Positions 1-8,638 of a stretch of 24,989 bases of DNA are shown in pieces. The notes below the pieces were generated by a model, which did not search any database, was not told the origin of the DNA, and was given only the letters and a program-made list of their open reading frames with translations. Every line of letters begins with the position of its first letter. The stretch's first letter is position 1. The stretch comes from a virus. Lineage: Duplodnaviria > Heunggongvirae > Uroviricota > Caudoviricetes. The stretch is taken from IMG/VR virus record IMGVR_UViG_2619619133_000007. One strand, 5' to 3'. The position numbers and the translations under genes are program-made.

Positions 1-1284
1 TTACTTCTTCGCCTCTGCAACCACTTTACTACCCACGCCGCGGTTATTGTATTCCCACATGCGGTTGTAGTTAGTGTCATTCAGATTGCGCTGTATTTCG
101 TCGTTATCATCTACGCTGCCGGTATTACCCGCAAACGGACGATTAGAGATCACCGCATCGGCCCACGGTTTAGCCGTGTTAAAACCTTCGTTGATGGCGC
201 TATCACGGATCACCACCTGACCGTTGGTATTGGCATCAACATCCAGCGAGCGGCCCAGTTGCGCCACACCATCACCGAAAGCATTGAAACGGCTGTTTAC
301 GGCGAGGAAACCGTAGTAAATGTTGGACAGCGTAGCCGGTGCAAACACATACGCTTCTTGCTGAGTACGTGAGTTCACCACGCGGAATTCGGTGTTATCG
401 AACACCACTGCGCCGCGACCAGAAACGATATCCACATCCCCTTCAATGTAGCTGTTGGTCACCAGCGTACGCGGCTGACGATTTGTTTCCAGACGGTTCT
501 GCACACCGCTGTTGGTGACAAAGAAGGTGTTCTGACGACCGAGAATGTTAACGTTGTTAATCTGTACCTGGTCACCATCAGTACGCAGTGCCACCGCCGG
601 ATGGTTACCTGCATCTACGCTATCGCCCAGCGTGTTTTCGATGGTCAGATTTTGCAGTTGCAGGCCATTGTTTTGTGACCAGAAGACCGCAGAGCAGAGA
701 ACACCGATACTGTCGCTGCGTTTGCTCTGGCAGCTATCGTACATATACCACGCTGGTTTACCTGGCATATATTTGCCGCGCGGGTTGACGTCGTGACGCC
801 AGTCGGCAGGGCTCATGCCACCATCAAGGGAAAGCCCAATCTTCACATCAATCGGTTTTTCACCTGTACCGTACAGAGTAATTCCACCCGGAGCGGCAGG
901 GACATATACCGTTCCCTGATACTCACCAGGCATCACGGCAATATACTGGCGCTTGTTGGTACGCTTGATAATTGCCGCATCTACCGCCGCCTGAATCGTG
1001 GTATGCGTTACACCTTGAGTGCCCGCCGGGCCGACAACAAAGTCAGGTTGCGCAGGCAGGGTAATCGGGGAAGGATTCCACGCTGCAGCACCTGGTGTCA
1101 GGGATGCAAAATAGTGTTGAGCATCGAAATTCTGCGCTTCTTTTGCCGACAGAATCGGGCGAGAAGAGGTACCAGGCGCGGTTTGATCAGAAGGACGTTG
1201 ATCGGGCGGGGTTGAGCTACAGGCGGTCAGCGTCACGCCAAAAGCCAATGCCAGCGCCAGACGGGAAACTGAAAATGTGTTCAC
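1..1284 (-). CDS. ybhC: Host outer-membrane lipoprotein YbhC (pectinesterase-family), complete, GTG start
   Basis: 427-aa ORF with signal peptide and lipobox (LTAC); matches remembered E. coli YbhC in length and sequence; lies immediately outside attL. Confidence 0.85.
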   Translation of the reverse strand: MNTFSVSRLALALAFGVTLTACSSTPPDQRPSDQTAPGTSSRPILSAKEAQNFDAQHYFASLTPGAAAWNPSPITLPAQPDFVVGPAGTQGVTHTTIQAAVDAAIIKRTNKRQYIAVMPGEYQGTVYVPAAPGGITLYGTGEKPIDVKIGLSLDGGMSPADWRHDVNPRGKYMPGKPAWYMYDSCQSKRSDSIGVLCSAVFWSQNNGLQLQNLTIENTLGDSVDAGNHPAVALRTDGDQVQINNVNILGRQNTFFVTNSGVQNRLETNRQPRTLVTNSYIEGDVDIVSGRGAVVFDNTEFRVVNSRTQQEAYVFAPATLSNIYYGFLAVNSRFNAFGDGVAQLGRSLDVDANTNGQVVIRDSAINEGFNTAKPWADAVISNRPFAGNTGSVDDNDEIQRNLNDTNYNRMWEYNNRGVGSKVVAEAKK

Positions 1285-1330
1285 AGGTTGCTCCGGGCTA
1301 TGAAATAGAAAAATGAATCCGTTGAAGCCT

Positions 1331-1425
1331 GCTTTTTTATACTAAGTTGGCATTATAAAAAAGCATTGCTTATCAATTTGTTGCAACGAACAGGTCACTA
1401 TCAGTCAAAATAAAATCATTATTTG
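1331..1425. other. attL: attL (B-O-P'): 15-bp core GCTTTTTTATACTAA at 1331-1345 plus P' arm with Int arm-type sites (CAGGTCACTATCAGTCAAAAT)
   Basis: Exact lambda core and P' arm sequence read directly; bacterial arm on the ybhC side. Confidence 0.9.
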
Positions 1426-2489
1426 ATTTCAATTTTGTCCCACTCCCTGCCTCTGTCATCACGATACTGTGATGCCATGGTGTCCGACTTATGCCCGAGA
1501 AGATGTTGAGCAAACTTATCGCTTATCTGCTTCTCATAGAGTCTTGCAGACAAACTGCGCAACTCGTGAAAGGTAGGCGGATCCCCTTCGAAGGAAAGAC
1601 CTGATGCTTTTCGTGCGCGCATAAAATACCTTGATACTGTGCCGGATGAAAGCGGTTCACGACGAGTAGATGCAATTATGGTTTCTCCGCCAAGAATCTC
1701 TTTGCATTTATCAAGTGTTTCCTTCATTGATATCCCGAGAGCATCAACATGCAATGTTGTTGGGATGGCAATTTTTACGCCTGTTTTGCTTTGCTCGACA
1801 TAAAGATATCCATCTACGATATCAGACCACTTCATTTCGCATAAATCACCAACTCGTTGCCCGGTAACAACAGCCAGTTCCATTGCAAGTCTGAGCCAAC
1901 ATGGTGATGATTCTGCTGCTTGATAAATTTTCAGGTATTCGTCAGCCGTAAGTCTTGATCTCCTTACCTCTGATTTTGCTGCGCGAGTGGCAGCGACAGG
2001 GTTTGTTGTTATATGGCCTTCAGCTATTGCCTCTCGGAATGCATCGCTCAGTGTTGATCTGATTAACTTGGCTGACGCCGCCTTGCCCTCGTCTATGTAT
2101 CCATTGAGCATTGCCGCAATTTCTTTTGTGGTGATGTCTTCAAGTGGAGCATCAGGCAGACCCCTCCTTATTGCTTTAATTTTGCTCATGTAATTTATGA
2201 GTGTCTTCTGCTTGATTCCTCTGCTGGCCAGGATTTTTTCGTAGCGATCAAGCCATGAATGTAACGTAACGGAATTATCACTGTTGATTCTCGCTGTCAG
2301 AGGCTTGTGTTTGTGTCCTGAAAATAACTCAATGTTGGCCTGTATGGCTTCAGTGATTGCGATTCGCCTGTCTCTGCCTAATCCAAACTCTTTACCCGTC
2401 CTTGGGTCCCTGTAGCAGTAATATCCATTGTTTCTTATATAAAGGTTAGGGGGTAAATCCCGGCGCTCATGACTTCGCCTTCTTCCCAT
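1419..2489 (-). CDS. int: Lambda integrase (tyrosine recombinase)
   Basis: 356-aa ORF essentially identical to remembered lambda Int (MGRRRSHERRDLPPNLYIRNNGYYCYRDPRTGKEFGLGRDRRIA...). Confidence 0.95.
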   Translation of the reverse strand: MGRRRSHERRDLPPNLYIRNNGYYCYRDPRTGKEFGLGRDRRIAITEAIQANIELFSGHKHKPLTARINSDNSVTLHSWLDRYEKILASRGIKQKTLINYMSKIKAIRRGLPDAPLEDITTKEIAAMLNGYIDEGKAASAKLIRSTLSDAFREAIAEGHITTNPVAATRAAKSEVRRSRLTADEYLKIYQAAESSPCWLRLAMELAVVTGQRVGDLCEMKWSDIVDGYLYVEQSKTGVKIAIPTTLHVDALGISMKETLDKCKEILGGETIIASTRREPLSSGTVSRYFMRARKASGLSFEGDPPTFHELRSLSARLYEKQISDKFAQHLLGHKSDTMASQYRDDRGREWDKIEIK

Positions 2490-2685
2490 TTCTGATCCTC
2501 TTCAAAAGGCTACCTGTTACTGGTCGATTTAAGTCAACCTTTACCGCTGATTCGTGGAACAGATACTCTCTTCCATCCTTAACCGGAGGAGGGAATATCC
2601 TGCACTCGCGTACCCATCGACGAACTGTTTCAAGGCTTCTTGGGCGTCGCTGGCGTGCGTTCCACTCCTGAAGTGTCAAGTACAT
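2467..2685 (-). CDS. xis: Excisionase
   Basis: 72-aa ORF matching lambda Xis (MYLTLQEWNARQRRPRSLETVRRWVRE...); overlaps int start as in lambda. Confidence 0.95.
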   Translation of the reverse strand: MYLTLQEWNARQRRPRSLETVRRWVRECRIFPPPVKDGREYLFHESAVKVDLNRPVTGSLLKRIRNGKKAKS

Positions 2686-2710
2686 CGCAAAGTCTCCGCA
2701 ATTACACGCA

Positions 2711-2732
2711 AGAAAAAACCGCCATCAGGCGG
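2711..2732 (-). terminator. Putative intrinsic terminator (minus strand): CCGCC/GGCGG hairpin followed by T6
   Basis: Stem CCGCC-ATCA-GGCGG at 2719-2732 with A6 on plus strand (T6 on minus) at 2713-2718; overlaps stop of the 55-aa ORF. Confidence 0.5.
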
Positions 2733-2892
2733 CTTGGTGTTCTTTCAGTTCTTCAATTCGAATATTGGTTACGTCTGCATGTGCTATCTGCGCCCACAGC
2801 ATCCAGTGGTCATAGCAGTCGCTGATGTTCTCGGCTTCGATAACTCTGTTGAATGGTTCTCCATTCCATTCCCCTGTGCCTCGGAAGTGCAT
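2725..2892 (-). CDS. Small hypothetical protein (55 aa), lambda-like ORF immediately upstream of xis
   Basis: Hand-translated minus-strand ORF MHFRGTGEWNGEPFNRVIEAENISDCYDHWMLWAQIAHADVTNIRIEELKEHQAA, below the 60-aa cutoff of the ORF track; spacing to xis (40 nt) matches what I recall for a 55-aa lambda ORF. Confidence 0.45.
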   Translation of the reverse strand: MHFRGTGEWNGEPFNRVIEAENISDCYDHWMLWAQIAHADVTNIRIEELKEHQAA

Positions 2893-2930
2893 TTATCATC
2901 CCAAAAAAACAAACCCCGCCGTAGCGAGTT

Positions 2931-2963
2931 CAGATAAAAGAAATCCTCGTCAGTGCGAGGATG
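2931..2963 (-). terminator. Putative intrinsic terminator (minus strand) at boundary of accessory cassette
   Basis: 7-bp stem ATCCTCG/CGAGGAT (2944-2963) with T-rich run on minus strand (revcomp of 2931-2943). Confidence 0.4.
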
Positions 2964-3134
2964 CTGTTCATTGCTGCTATACACTTTTTTGCTCTCAACG
3001 TAAGCGGTAGCCCATTCTGTTGGGTTGGTGCAGTTGCTTTTAGGAAATGCTATTTACCCCTTAAATGTCGGCTGAAAGAGCTAAAATCCATGCAAAAAAT
3101 TTACGCAATTTTGTGTATTATTGTGCAGTAAGTA

Positions 3135-3737
3135 ATGAGCTATTTTCTGCGCAAAAAATGGATGGTAAATTTGTCCGGGTCAGGAAAAATTTTATGGGCG
3201 CTAAACATGAAAAAAGATTCGTATCCTTATTTGATTTGCATGACAGTTTCAGGGCTGATCTTTATTTTCCTTTTCTTCTGGTGGCGGGCAGATATCTACA
3301 GGGTCACGTTTCTTAATCAGAGTATATCCCACTATTACATTCTGTTTAGCATGGGAATAGCTTTTCTGTTATCTCTGTTTTGGGTTAAGAAGGGGATAGT
3401 AAAACAAAGAGGCTGGAAGAGTCTGTCAGCATACCTTAAGGTTTATGCAGGGATGTGCATATTTGCTGGATTTTTTCTGATTATACCCCTTACGACACTA
3501 ACTTATTTTTTGCCTGGAGAGACATCGTCTTATGTTGCACCGTATCGGTATACTTCCGGTAGTTCAAAAAGTTGTTCTGGAGCTGAGGTGGATGACCCCG
3601 ATCTACATGAGAATATTCGCATTTGCTATCCGTATGGCAATTATGAGTACGATAATATTATCTATGTTGAAAAGAAAATTAATATATTAGGTGCGGTAGT
3701 GACATATGCACAGACCGCGCGTGATGATACTGAATGA
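3135..3737 (+). CDS. Hypothetical membrane protein (about 3 predicted TM helices plus ~80-aa C-terminal soluble region); accessory (moron-like) gene; start codon uncertain (in-frame ATGs at 3135, 3162, 3207)
   Basis: 200-aa ORF on strand opposite to the flanking early-left genes, in a markedly AT-rich segment; hydrophobic stretches LICMTVSGLIFIFLFFWW, ILFSMGIAFLLSLFWV, VYAGMCIFAGFFLIIPLTTL; followed by hairpin terminator; no family recognised. Confidence 0.55.
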   Translation: MSYFLRKKWMVNLSGSGKILWALNMKKDSYPYLICMTVSGLIFIFLFFWWRADIYRVTFLNQSISHYYILFSMGIAFLLSLFWVKKGIVKQRGWKSLSAYLKVYAGMCIFAGFFLIIPLTTLTYFLPGETSSYVAPYRYTSGSSKSCSGAEVDDPDLHENIRICYPYGNYEYDNIIYVEKKINILGAVVTYAQTARDDTE

Positions 3738-3771
3738 TATAGTATATAGCGGGCAAGTTTTAGTTAATTTA

Positions 3772-3809
3772 TCGAGGTAATATAATTTACCTCGACTCGT
3801 TTGTTCTGG
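3772..3809 (+). terminator. Putative intrinsic terminator for the accessory gene
   Basis: Perfect 9-bp stem TCGAGGTAA/TTACCTCGA (3772-3795) followed by CTCGTTTGTTCT. Confidence 0.5.
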
Positions 3810-3947
3810 TATTAATATTTCGCTTTACGACCGATTTTTATCTGATGATATCATGCGGTTTTCATATACTGACTTACTGTCTTTTCTCCGTTAGCGATTT
3901 TCTCCTGCTCAGCGATGATTTTATCTTTGGCTTCTAGTTAATTTCGC

Positions 3948-4169
3948 TCACTTCGAACCTCTCTGTTTACTGATAAGCTCCAGATCCTCCTGGCAACTTG
4001 CACAAGTCCGACAACCCTGAACGACCAGGCGTCTTCGTTCATCTATCGGATCGCCACACTCACAACAATGAGTGGCAGATATAGCCTGGTGGTTCAGGCG
4101 GCGCATTTTTATTGCTGTGTTGCGCTGTAATTCTTCAATTTCTGATGCTGAATCAATGATGTCTGCCAT
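3948..4169 (-). CDS. TraR/DksA-family C4 zinc-finger protein (lambda Orf73-like)
   Basis: 73-aa ORF with CxxC...CxxC motif (CCECGDPIDERRRLVVQGCRTCASC), characteristic of TraR/DksA family. Confidence 0.75.
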   Translation of the reverse strand: MADIIDSASEIEELQRNTAIKMRRLNHQAISATHCCECGDPIDERRRLVVQGCRTCASCQEDLELISKQRGSK

Positions 4170-4267
4170 CTTTCATTAATCCCTGAATTGTTGGTTAATA
4201 CGCTTGAGGGTGAATGCGAATAATAAAAAAGGAGCCTGTAGCTCCATGATGATTTTGTTTTTCATGC

Positions 4268-4453
4268 TCACCGTTCCTTAAAGACGCCGTTTAACATGCC
4301 GATCGCCAGGCTTAAATGAGTCGGTGTGAATCCCATCAGCGTTACCGTTTCGCGGTGCTTCTTCAGTACGCTACGGCAAATGTCATCGACGTTTTTATCC
4401 GGAAACTGCTGTCTGGCTTTTTTGATTTCAGAATTAGCCTGACGGGCAATACT
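4268..4453 (-). CDS. Small early-left protein, lambda orf61-like (start at internal Met MTHQQENAL...)
   Basis: ORF track 4268..4549; conserved lambda-like sequence and 186-nt length from internal ATG. Confidence 0.6.
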   Translation of the reverse strand, partial: SIARQANSEIKKARQQFPDKNVDDICRSVLKKHRETVTLMGFTPTHLSLAIGMLNGVFKER

Positions 4454-4559
4454 GCGAAGGGCGTTTTCTTGCTGATGTGTCATTGAACAAGTCCCATGTC
4501 GGCAAGCATAAGCACACAGAATATGAAGCCCGCTGCCAGAAAAATGCATTCAGTGGTTG

Positions 4560-4751
4560 TCATACCTGGTCTCTCTCATCTGCTTCTGCTTTCGCCACCA
4601 TCATTTCCAGCTTTTGTGAAAGGGATGCGGCTAACGTATGAAATTCTTCGTCTGTTTCTACTGGTATTGGCACAAACCTGACTCCAATTTGAGCGAGGCT
4701 ATGTGCCATCTCAATGCTCGTTCTTAACTCAACAGGAGATGCTTTGTGCAT
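4560..4751 (-). CDS. Small early-left protein, lambda orf63-like
   Basis: 63-aa ORF; position and length match lambda PL-operon ORF between orf61 and orf60a. Confidence 0.6.
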   Translation of the reverse strand: MHKASPVELRTSIEMAHSLAQIGVRFVPIPVETDEEFHTLAASLSQKLEMMVAKAEADERDQV

Positions 4752-4906
4752 ACAGCTCCCCGTTTATTATTTATCTCCTCAGCCAGCCGCTGTGCTTTCA
4801 GGGGATTTCGGGTAACAGAAAGGCCGGGAAATACCCAGCCTCGCTTTGTAACGGAGTAGACGAAAGTGATCGCGCCTACCCGGATATTATCGTGAGGATG
4901 CTTCAT
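4724..4906 (-). CDS. Small early-left protein, lambda orf60a-like
   Basis: ORF 4724..4912; second Met gives the 60-aa lambda-length product overlapping exo stop by 4 nt. Confidence 0.6.
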   Translation of the reverse strand: MKHPHDNIRVGAITFVYSVTKRGWVFPGLSVTRNPLKAQRLAEEINNKRGAVCTKHLLLS

Positions 4907-5583
4907 CGCCATTGCTCCCCAAATACAAAACCAATTTCAGCCAGTGCCTCGTCCATTTTTTCGATGAACTCCGGCACCATCTCGTCAAAACTCGCCATGT
5001 ACTTTTCATCCCGCTCAACCACGACATAATGCAGGCCTTCACGCTTCATACGCGGGTCATAGTTGGCAAAGTACCAGGCATCTTTTCGCGTCACCCACAT
5101 GCTGTACTGCACCTGGGCCATGTAAGCCGACTTTATGGCCTCGAAACCACCGAGCCGGAACTTCATGAAATCCCGGGAGGTAAACGGGCATTTCAGCTCA
5201 AGGCCATTGCCGTCACTGCATAAACCATCGGGAGAGCAGGCGGTGCGCATACTTTCGTCGCGATAGATGATCGGGGATTCAATAACATTTACGCCGGAAG
5301 TGAACTCAAACAGGGTTCTGGCGTCGTTCTCGTACTGTTTTCCCCAGGCCAGCGCTTTAGCGTTAACTTCCGGAGCCACACCGGTGCAAACCTCAGCCAG
5401 CAGGGTGTGGAAGTAGGACATTTTCATGTCAGGCCACTTCTTTCCTGATCGGGGCTTTGCTATCACGTTGTGAACTTCTGAAGCGGTGATGACGCCGAGC
5501 CGTAATTTGTGCCATGCATCATCCCCCTGTTCGACAGCTCTCACGTCGATCCCGGTACGCTGCAGGATAATGTCCGGTGTCAT
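4903..5583 (-). CDS. exo: Lambda exonuclease (Red-alpha)
   Basis: 226-aa ORF near-identical to remembered lambda Exo. Confidence 0.95.
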   Translation of the reverse strand: MTPDIILQRTGIDVRAVEQGDDAWHKLRLGVITASEVHNVIAKPRSGKKWPDMKMSYFHTLLAEVCTGVAPEVNAKALAWGKQYENDARTLFEFTSGVNVIESPIIYRDESMRTACSPDGLCSDGNGLELKCPFTSRDFMKFRLGGFEAIKSAYMAQVQYSMWVTRKDAWYFANYDPRMKREGLHYVVVERDEKYMASFDEMVPEFIEKMDEALAEIGFVFGEQWR

Positions 5584-6365
5584 GCTGCCACCTTCTGCTC
5601 AGTGGCTTTCTGTTTCAGGAATCCAAGAGCTTTCACTGCTTCGGCCTGTGTCAGTTCTGACGATGCGCGAATGTCGCGGCGAAATATCTGGGAACAGAGC
5701 GGCAATAAGTCGTCATCCCATGTTTTATCCAGGGCGATCAGCAGAGTGTTAATCTCCTGCATGGTTTCATCGTTAACCGGAGTGATGTCGCGTTCTGGCT
5801 GACGTTCTGCAGTGTATGCAGTATTTTCGACAATGCGCTCGGCTTCATCCTTGTCATAGATACCAGCAAATCCGAAGGCCAGACGGGCACACTGAATCAT
5901 GGCTTTATGCCGTAACATCCGTTTGGGATGCGACTGCCACGGCCCCGTGATTTCTCTGCCTTCGCGAGTTTTGAATGGTTCGCGGCGGCATTCATCCATC
6001 CATTCGGTAACGCAGATCGGATGATTACGGTCCTTGCGGTAAATCCGGCATGTACAGGATTCATTGTTCTGCTCAAAGTCCATGCCATCAAACTGCTGGT
6101 TTTCATTGATGATGCGGGACCAGCCATCAACGCCCACCACCGGAACGATGCCGTTCTGCTTATCAGGGAAGGCGTAAATTTCTTTCGTCCACGGATTAAG
6201 GCCGTACTGGTTGGCGACGATCAACAATGCGATGAACTGCGCATCGCTGGCATCACCTTTAAATGCCGTCTGGCGAAGAGTGGTGATCAGTTCCTGTGGG
6301 TCGACAGAATCCATGCCGACACGTTCAGCCAGCTTCCCTGCCAGCGTTGCGAGTGCTGTACTCAT
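5580..6365 (-). CDS. bet: Bet single-strand annealing protein (Red-beta)
   Basis: 261-aa ORF matching lambda Bet ([59 protein letters not shown]...). Confidence 0.95.
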   Translation of the reverse strand: MSTALATLAGKLAERVGMDSVDPQELITTLRQTAFKGDASDAQFIALLIVANQYGLNPWTKEIYAFPDKQNGIVPVVGVDGWSRIINENQQFDGMDFEQNNESCTCRIYRKDRNHPICVTEWMDECRREPFKTREGREITGPWQSHPKRMLRHKAMIQCARLAFGFAGIYDKDEAERIVENTAYTAERQPERDITPVNDETMQEINTLLIALDKTWDDDLLPLCSQIFRRDIRASSELTQAEAVKALGFLKQKATEQKVAA

Positions 6366-6370
6366 CCGTT

Positions 6371-6667
6371 TTATACCTCTGAATCAATATCAACCTGGTG
6401 GTGAGCAATGGTTTCAACCATGTACTGGATGTGTTCTGCCATGCGCTCCTGAAACTCAACATCGTCATCAAACGCACGGGTAATGGCTTTTTTGCTGGCC
6501 CCGTGGCGTTGCAAATGATCGATGCATAGCGATTCAAACAGGTGCTGGGGCAGGCCTTTTTCCATGTCGTCTGCCAGTTCTGCCTCTTTCTCTTCACGGG
6601 CGATCTGCTGGTAGTGACGCGCCCAGCTCTGAGCCTCAAGACGATCCTGAATGTAATAAGCGTTCAT
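6371..6667 (-). CDS. gam: Gam, RecBCD inhibitor (98-aa short form only)
   Basis: Matches lambda GamS; good RBS (AGGAGG); upstream in-frame region has no start codon before a stop, so no long GamL form. Confidence 0.9.
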   Translation of the reverse strand: MNAYYIQDRLEAQSWARHYQQIAREEKEAELADDMEKGLPQHLFESLCIDHLQRHGASKKAITRAFDDDVEFQERMAEHIQYMVETIAHHQVDIDSEV

Positions 6668-6742
6668 GGCTGACCTCCTGAAAATGGCTGTGAAAATATC
6701 GCCCGCGAAATGCCAGGCTGATTAGGAAAACAGGAAAGGGGA

Positions 6743-7033
6743 TTAGTGATTCAGGCCGTTACCGCGTCCGTCGAGAAAAACTTCCACGAGCAAATCACGG
6801 GTATAAGTGCGCTCGATGCCGCGATGCAGATAAAGCCGTCCGCGTAAATTAGCTGATGCAGTCCAGGTACCATCTTTGTGTTTGACCAGCATTCCTGGCA
6901 TGACCGCACCTCGATTAACGGTCTGCGTTCCATAATGTTGATGAACCATAAAAACTCCTGCCCGTAAGCTGGGCTGCTGAACATATAGAGACTTCTGCGC
7001 GTATTCAGGCGGTGGATGGCCGCCGGTTGTCAT
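6743..7033 (-). CDS. Hypothetical protein at the kil position; possibly Kil/KilR-like host cell-division inhibitor; start uncertain (internal Met at about 6949 possible)
   Basis: 96-aa ORF first downstream of the leftward early promoter; motif [20 protein letters not shown] resembles my recollection of prophage KilR-type proteins; an overlapping alternative frame (6751..6984) cannot be excluded. Confidence 0.4.
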   Translation of the reverse strand: MTTGGHPPPEYAQKSLYVQQPSLRAGVFMVHQHYGTQTVNRGAVMPGMLVKHKDGTWTASANLRGRLYLHRGIERTYTRDLLVEVFLDGRGNGLNH

Positions 7034-7226
7034 AACTAAGCCGCCTCGTTGAAGCGACTAAGGTATGAAATGTTGAGTTAATTTCAGCTGGTCACACCGA
7101 CGTTCACGCGTCCGTTTCACCCCTCGCACTCCCCGAAGCCTGCTGAAATTCAAACTGCGGATCTAAGCGGTCATCGCAACGGTGAATCAGGTAGTTGCCG
7201 TATCGTTGTGTTGTTGCGATGAACTT

Positions 7227-7256
7227 ATTTAAAACTATAGTTGTTTTATCGTCAAC
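7227..7256 (-). promoter_or_regulatory. Putative leftward early promoter (PL-like) with overlapping operator repeats
   Basis: On minus strand -35 TTGACG (plus 7251-7256) and -10 TTAAAT (plus 7227-7232); overlapping AAAACAACTATAG and AACAAC/GTTGTT repeats shared with the rightward promoter region. Confidence 0.5.
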
Positions 7257-7392
7257 AACAAAAGTTGTTTTATTGGTTGTTTTAGATATAACTGGTTGTA
7301 TTTAGGATGGATTTATTTTGTGACTTGAATCGCATAGCGATAACTGAAGCGAGGTTATGGTGGTTTTTTTAACGGTGTGTGTGATGAGGGGA

Positions 7393-7423
7393 GGGCAAAA
7401 GAAAACCCGGCACGGTGACCGGG
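7393..7423 (-). terminator. Putative intrinsic terminator downstream of the repressor gene
   Basis: Stem CCCGG-CACGGTGA-CCGGG with TTTTCTTTT on the minus strand. Confidence 0.5.
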
Positions 7424-7544
7424 ATTCTTACGCCGTTAGGTAAAGATATTATTGCGGTGGCTTAATATTACTACCTAGAGCAAAGATAGGAATTAGTTCT
7501 TTACTGAATGAGCACAATGCCCAGTTGATAATTTTTAATTGGTA

Positions 7545-8234
7545 CTACCCATGCTTCCTATATGTCTGCGGCATGCTCCCAATAACCTTACCGAAGATGA
7601 ACACCCGGTTCATCTCGTCTTTCTCGATCGGGTCCCACGGTGAGTAGCTTTTGTTATCAGAGATGACCAGCAGCTTATCCTTCATCATTTGCAGGCGCTT
7701 TACATGGGCTGTGTCGTCGTACAGAAACGCATAGATACCATCACCGTCGAAAGATTTAACTGTGATATCAACGAACAGTAGATCACCTGGTTCGATCGTT
7801 CCTGACATGCTGTCACCACGCACGTTAATGATGCGGATATTTTCCGCCTTCCTACCATCGAACATGTGACGAGCATCGTCAAACGAGTACTCAACCGAGC
7901 GTAGAACTTCTACAAACTCACGGTTGATGACTCCCGGCCCAGCACTGACTTCTATATCAAGAACGTCAATCTTGAAGTATTTGGAATGGCTGACAGTTGA
8001 TTGTATTGGTTGCACTGTACTGTCTGACATATTTCCAACGCCAGAAGATAACCATTCTGCGCGCACACCCAAAGCGTTCGCGATCTCCACGATTTTAGTT
8101 GTTTGATTAGCTTTCCCTGTTTCGATTTTCTGAATAGCAGCCTGGCTAACCCCGACCAAATCCCCAAGCGCCTTTTGTGTAAGGCCTCGCGCTAATCTGG
8201 CTTCTTTAAGTCTTTCTGAGAGTGTTGTTTTCAT
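7545..8234 (-). CDS. CI-type prophage repressor (N-terminal XRE-type HTH, C-terminal S24 LexA-like peptidase domain); not lambda immunity
   Basis: Start taken at internal Met MKTTLSERLKEARLARGLTQKALGDLVG; Ala-Gly cleavage site and GDSM serine motif typical of RecA-stimulated autocleaving repressors; divergent from the adjacent cro-like gene. Confidence 0.8.
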   Translation of the reverse strand: MKTTLSERLKEARLARGLTQKALGDLVGVSQAAIQKIETGKANQTTKIVEIANALGVRAEWLSSGVGNMSDSTVQPIQSTVSHSKYFKIDVLDIEVSAGPGVINREFVEVLRSVEYSFDDARHMFDGRKAENIRIINVRGDSMSGTIEPGDLLFVDITVKSFDGDGIYAFLYDDTAHVKRLQMMKDKLLVISDNKSYSPWDPIEKDEMNRVFIFGKVIGSMPQTYRKHG

Positions 8235-8275
8235 AGTCCAAATGTACAACCAAGGTTTTATTCCATCAAACGAAA

Positions 8276-8311
8276 ATGGTTGTTGACTAAAAACAACCAT
8301 AGTTTTAATCT
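8276..8311 (+). promoter_or_regulatory. Putative rightward early promoter (PR-like) and operator: inverted repeat ATGGTTGTT-N7-AACAACCAT overlapping -35 TTGACT
   Basis: Perfect 9-bp inverted repeat at 8276-8300; -35 TTGACT at 8283-8288, candidate -10 TAATCT at 8306-8311; cro-like gene starts 8339 with GGAGG RBS. Confidence 0.55.
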
Positions 8312-8338
8312 TGATTCAAATTAACCACGGAGGTTGTT

Positions 8339-8569
8339 ATGAACCCAGCTATCAAAACAGCGATCAATATCGTTGGTTCACAAAAGAAACTGGGCGCTGC
8401 TTGCGAAGTTTCACAGCAGGCCGTCTATAAGTGGCTTCACAACAAAGCAAAGGTATCCCCTGAACATGTCGGCAGCATTGTTACGGCTACTGGTGGAGTA
8501 GTGAAGGCATACCAGATTCGCCCGGATCTTCCGAAGTTGTTTCCACACACCGAAAAGAACGCAGCTTAA
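8339..8569 (+). CDS. Cro-like small HTH regulator (YdaS-like)
   Basis: 76-aa ORF divergent from repressor, strong RBS; HTH-like segment LGAACEVSQQAVYKWL. Confidence 0.7.
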   Translation: MNPAIKTAINIVGSQKKLGAACEVSQQAVYKWLHNKAKVSPEHVGSIVTATGGVVKAYQIRPDLPKLFPHTEKNAA

Positions 8570-8638
8570 ATTTCCATTTCACGCTCTTTAACAATAAGCA
8601 ATCAACTTAACAGTCAATTCAAACTAAAGGAGTCAATT

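Noticed and set aside
2554-2937. 127-aa plus-strand ORF overlapping xis and the 55-aa ORF
   Set aside because: Antisense to xis, which is identical to lambda; likely spurious
6668-6745. Long Gam isoform (GamL) upstream extension
   Set aside because: The in-frame upstream sequence contains no start codon before a stop (TAA), so only the 98-aa form is encoded
7034-7544. Presence of an N antiterminator or rexAB genes in the usual lambda positions
   Set aside because: No ORF of suitable size on the minus strand; hand translation of the leader gives only very short frames
8234-8300. Using the upstream Met (MVVFSQ...) as the repressor start
   Set aside because: That extension would begin inside the operator/promoter region; the internal Met directly preceding the HTH (MKTTLSERL...) gives a typical CI-length protein
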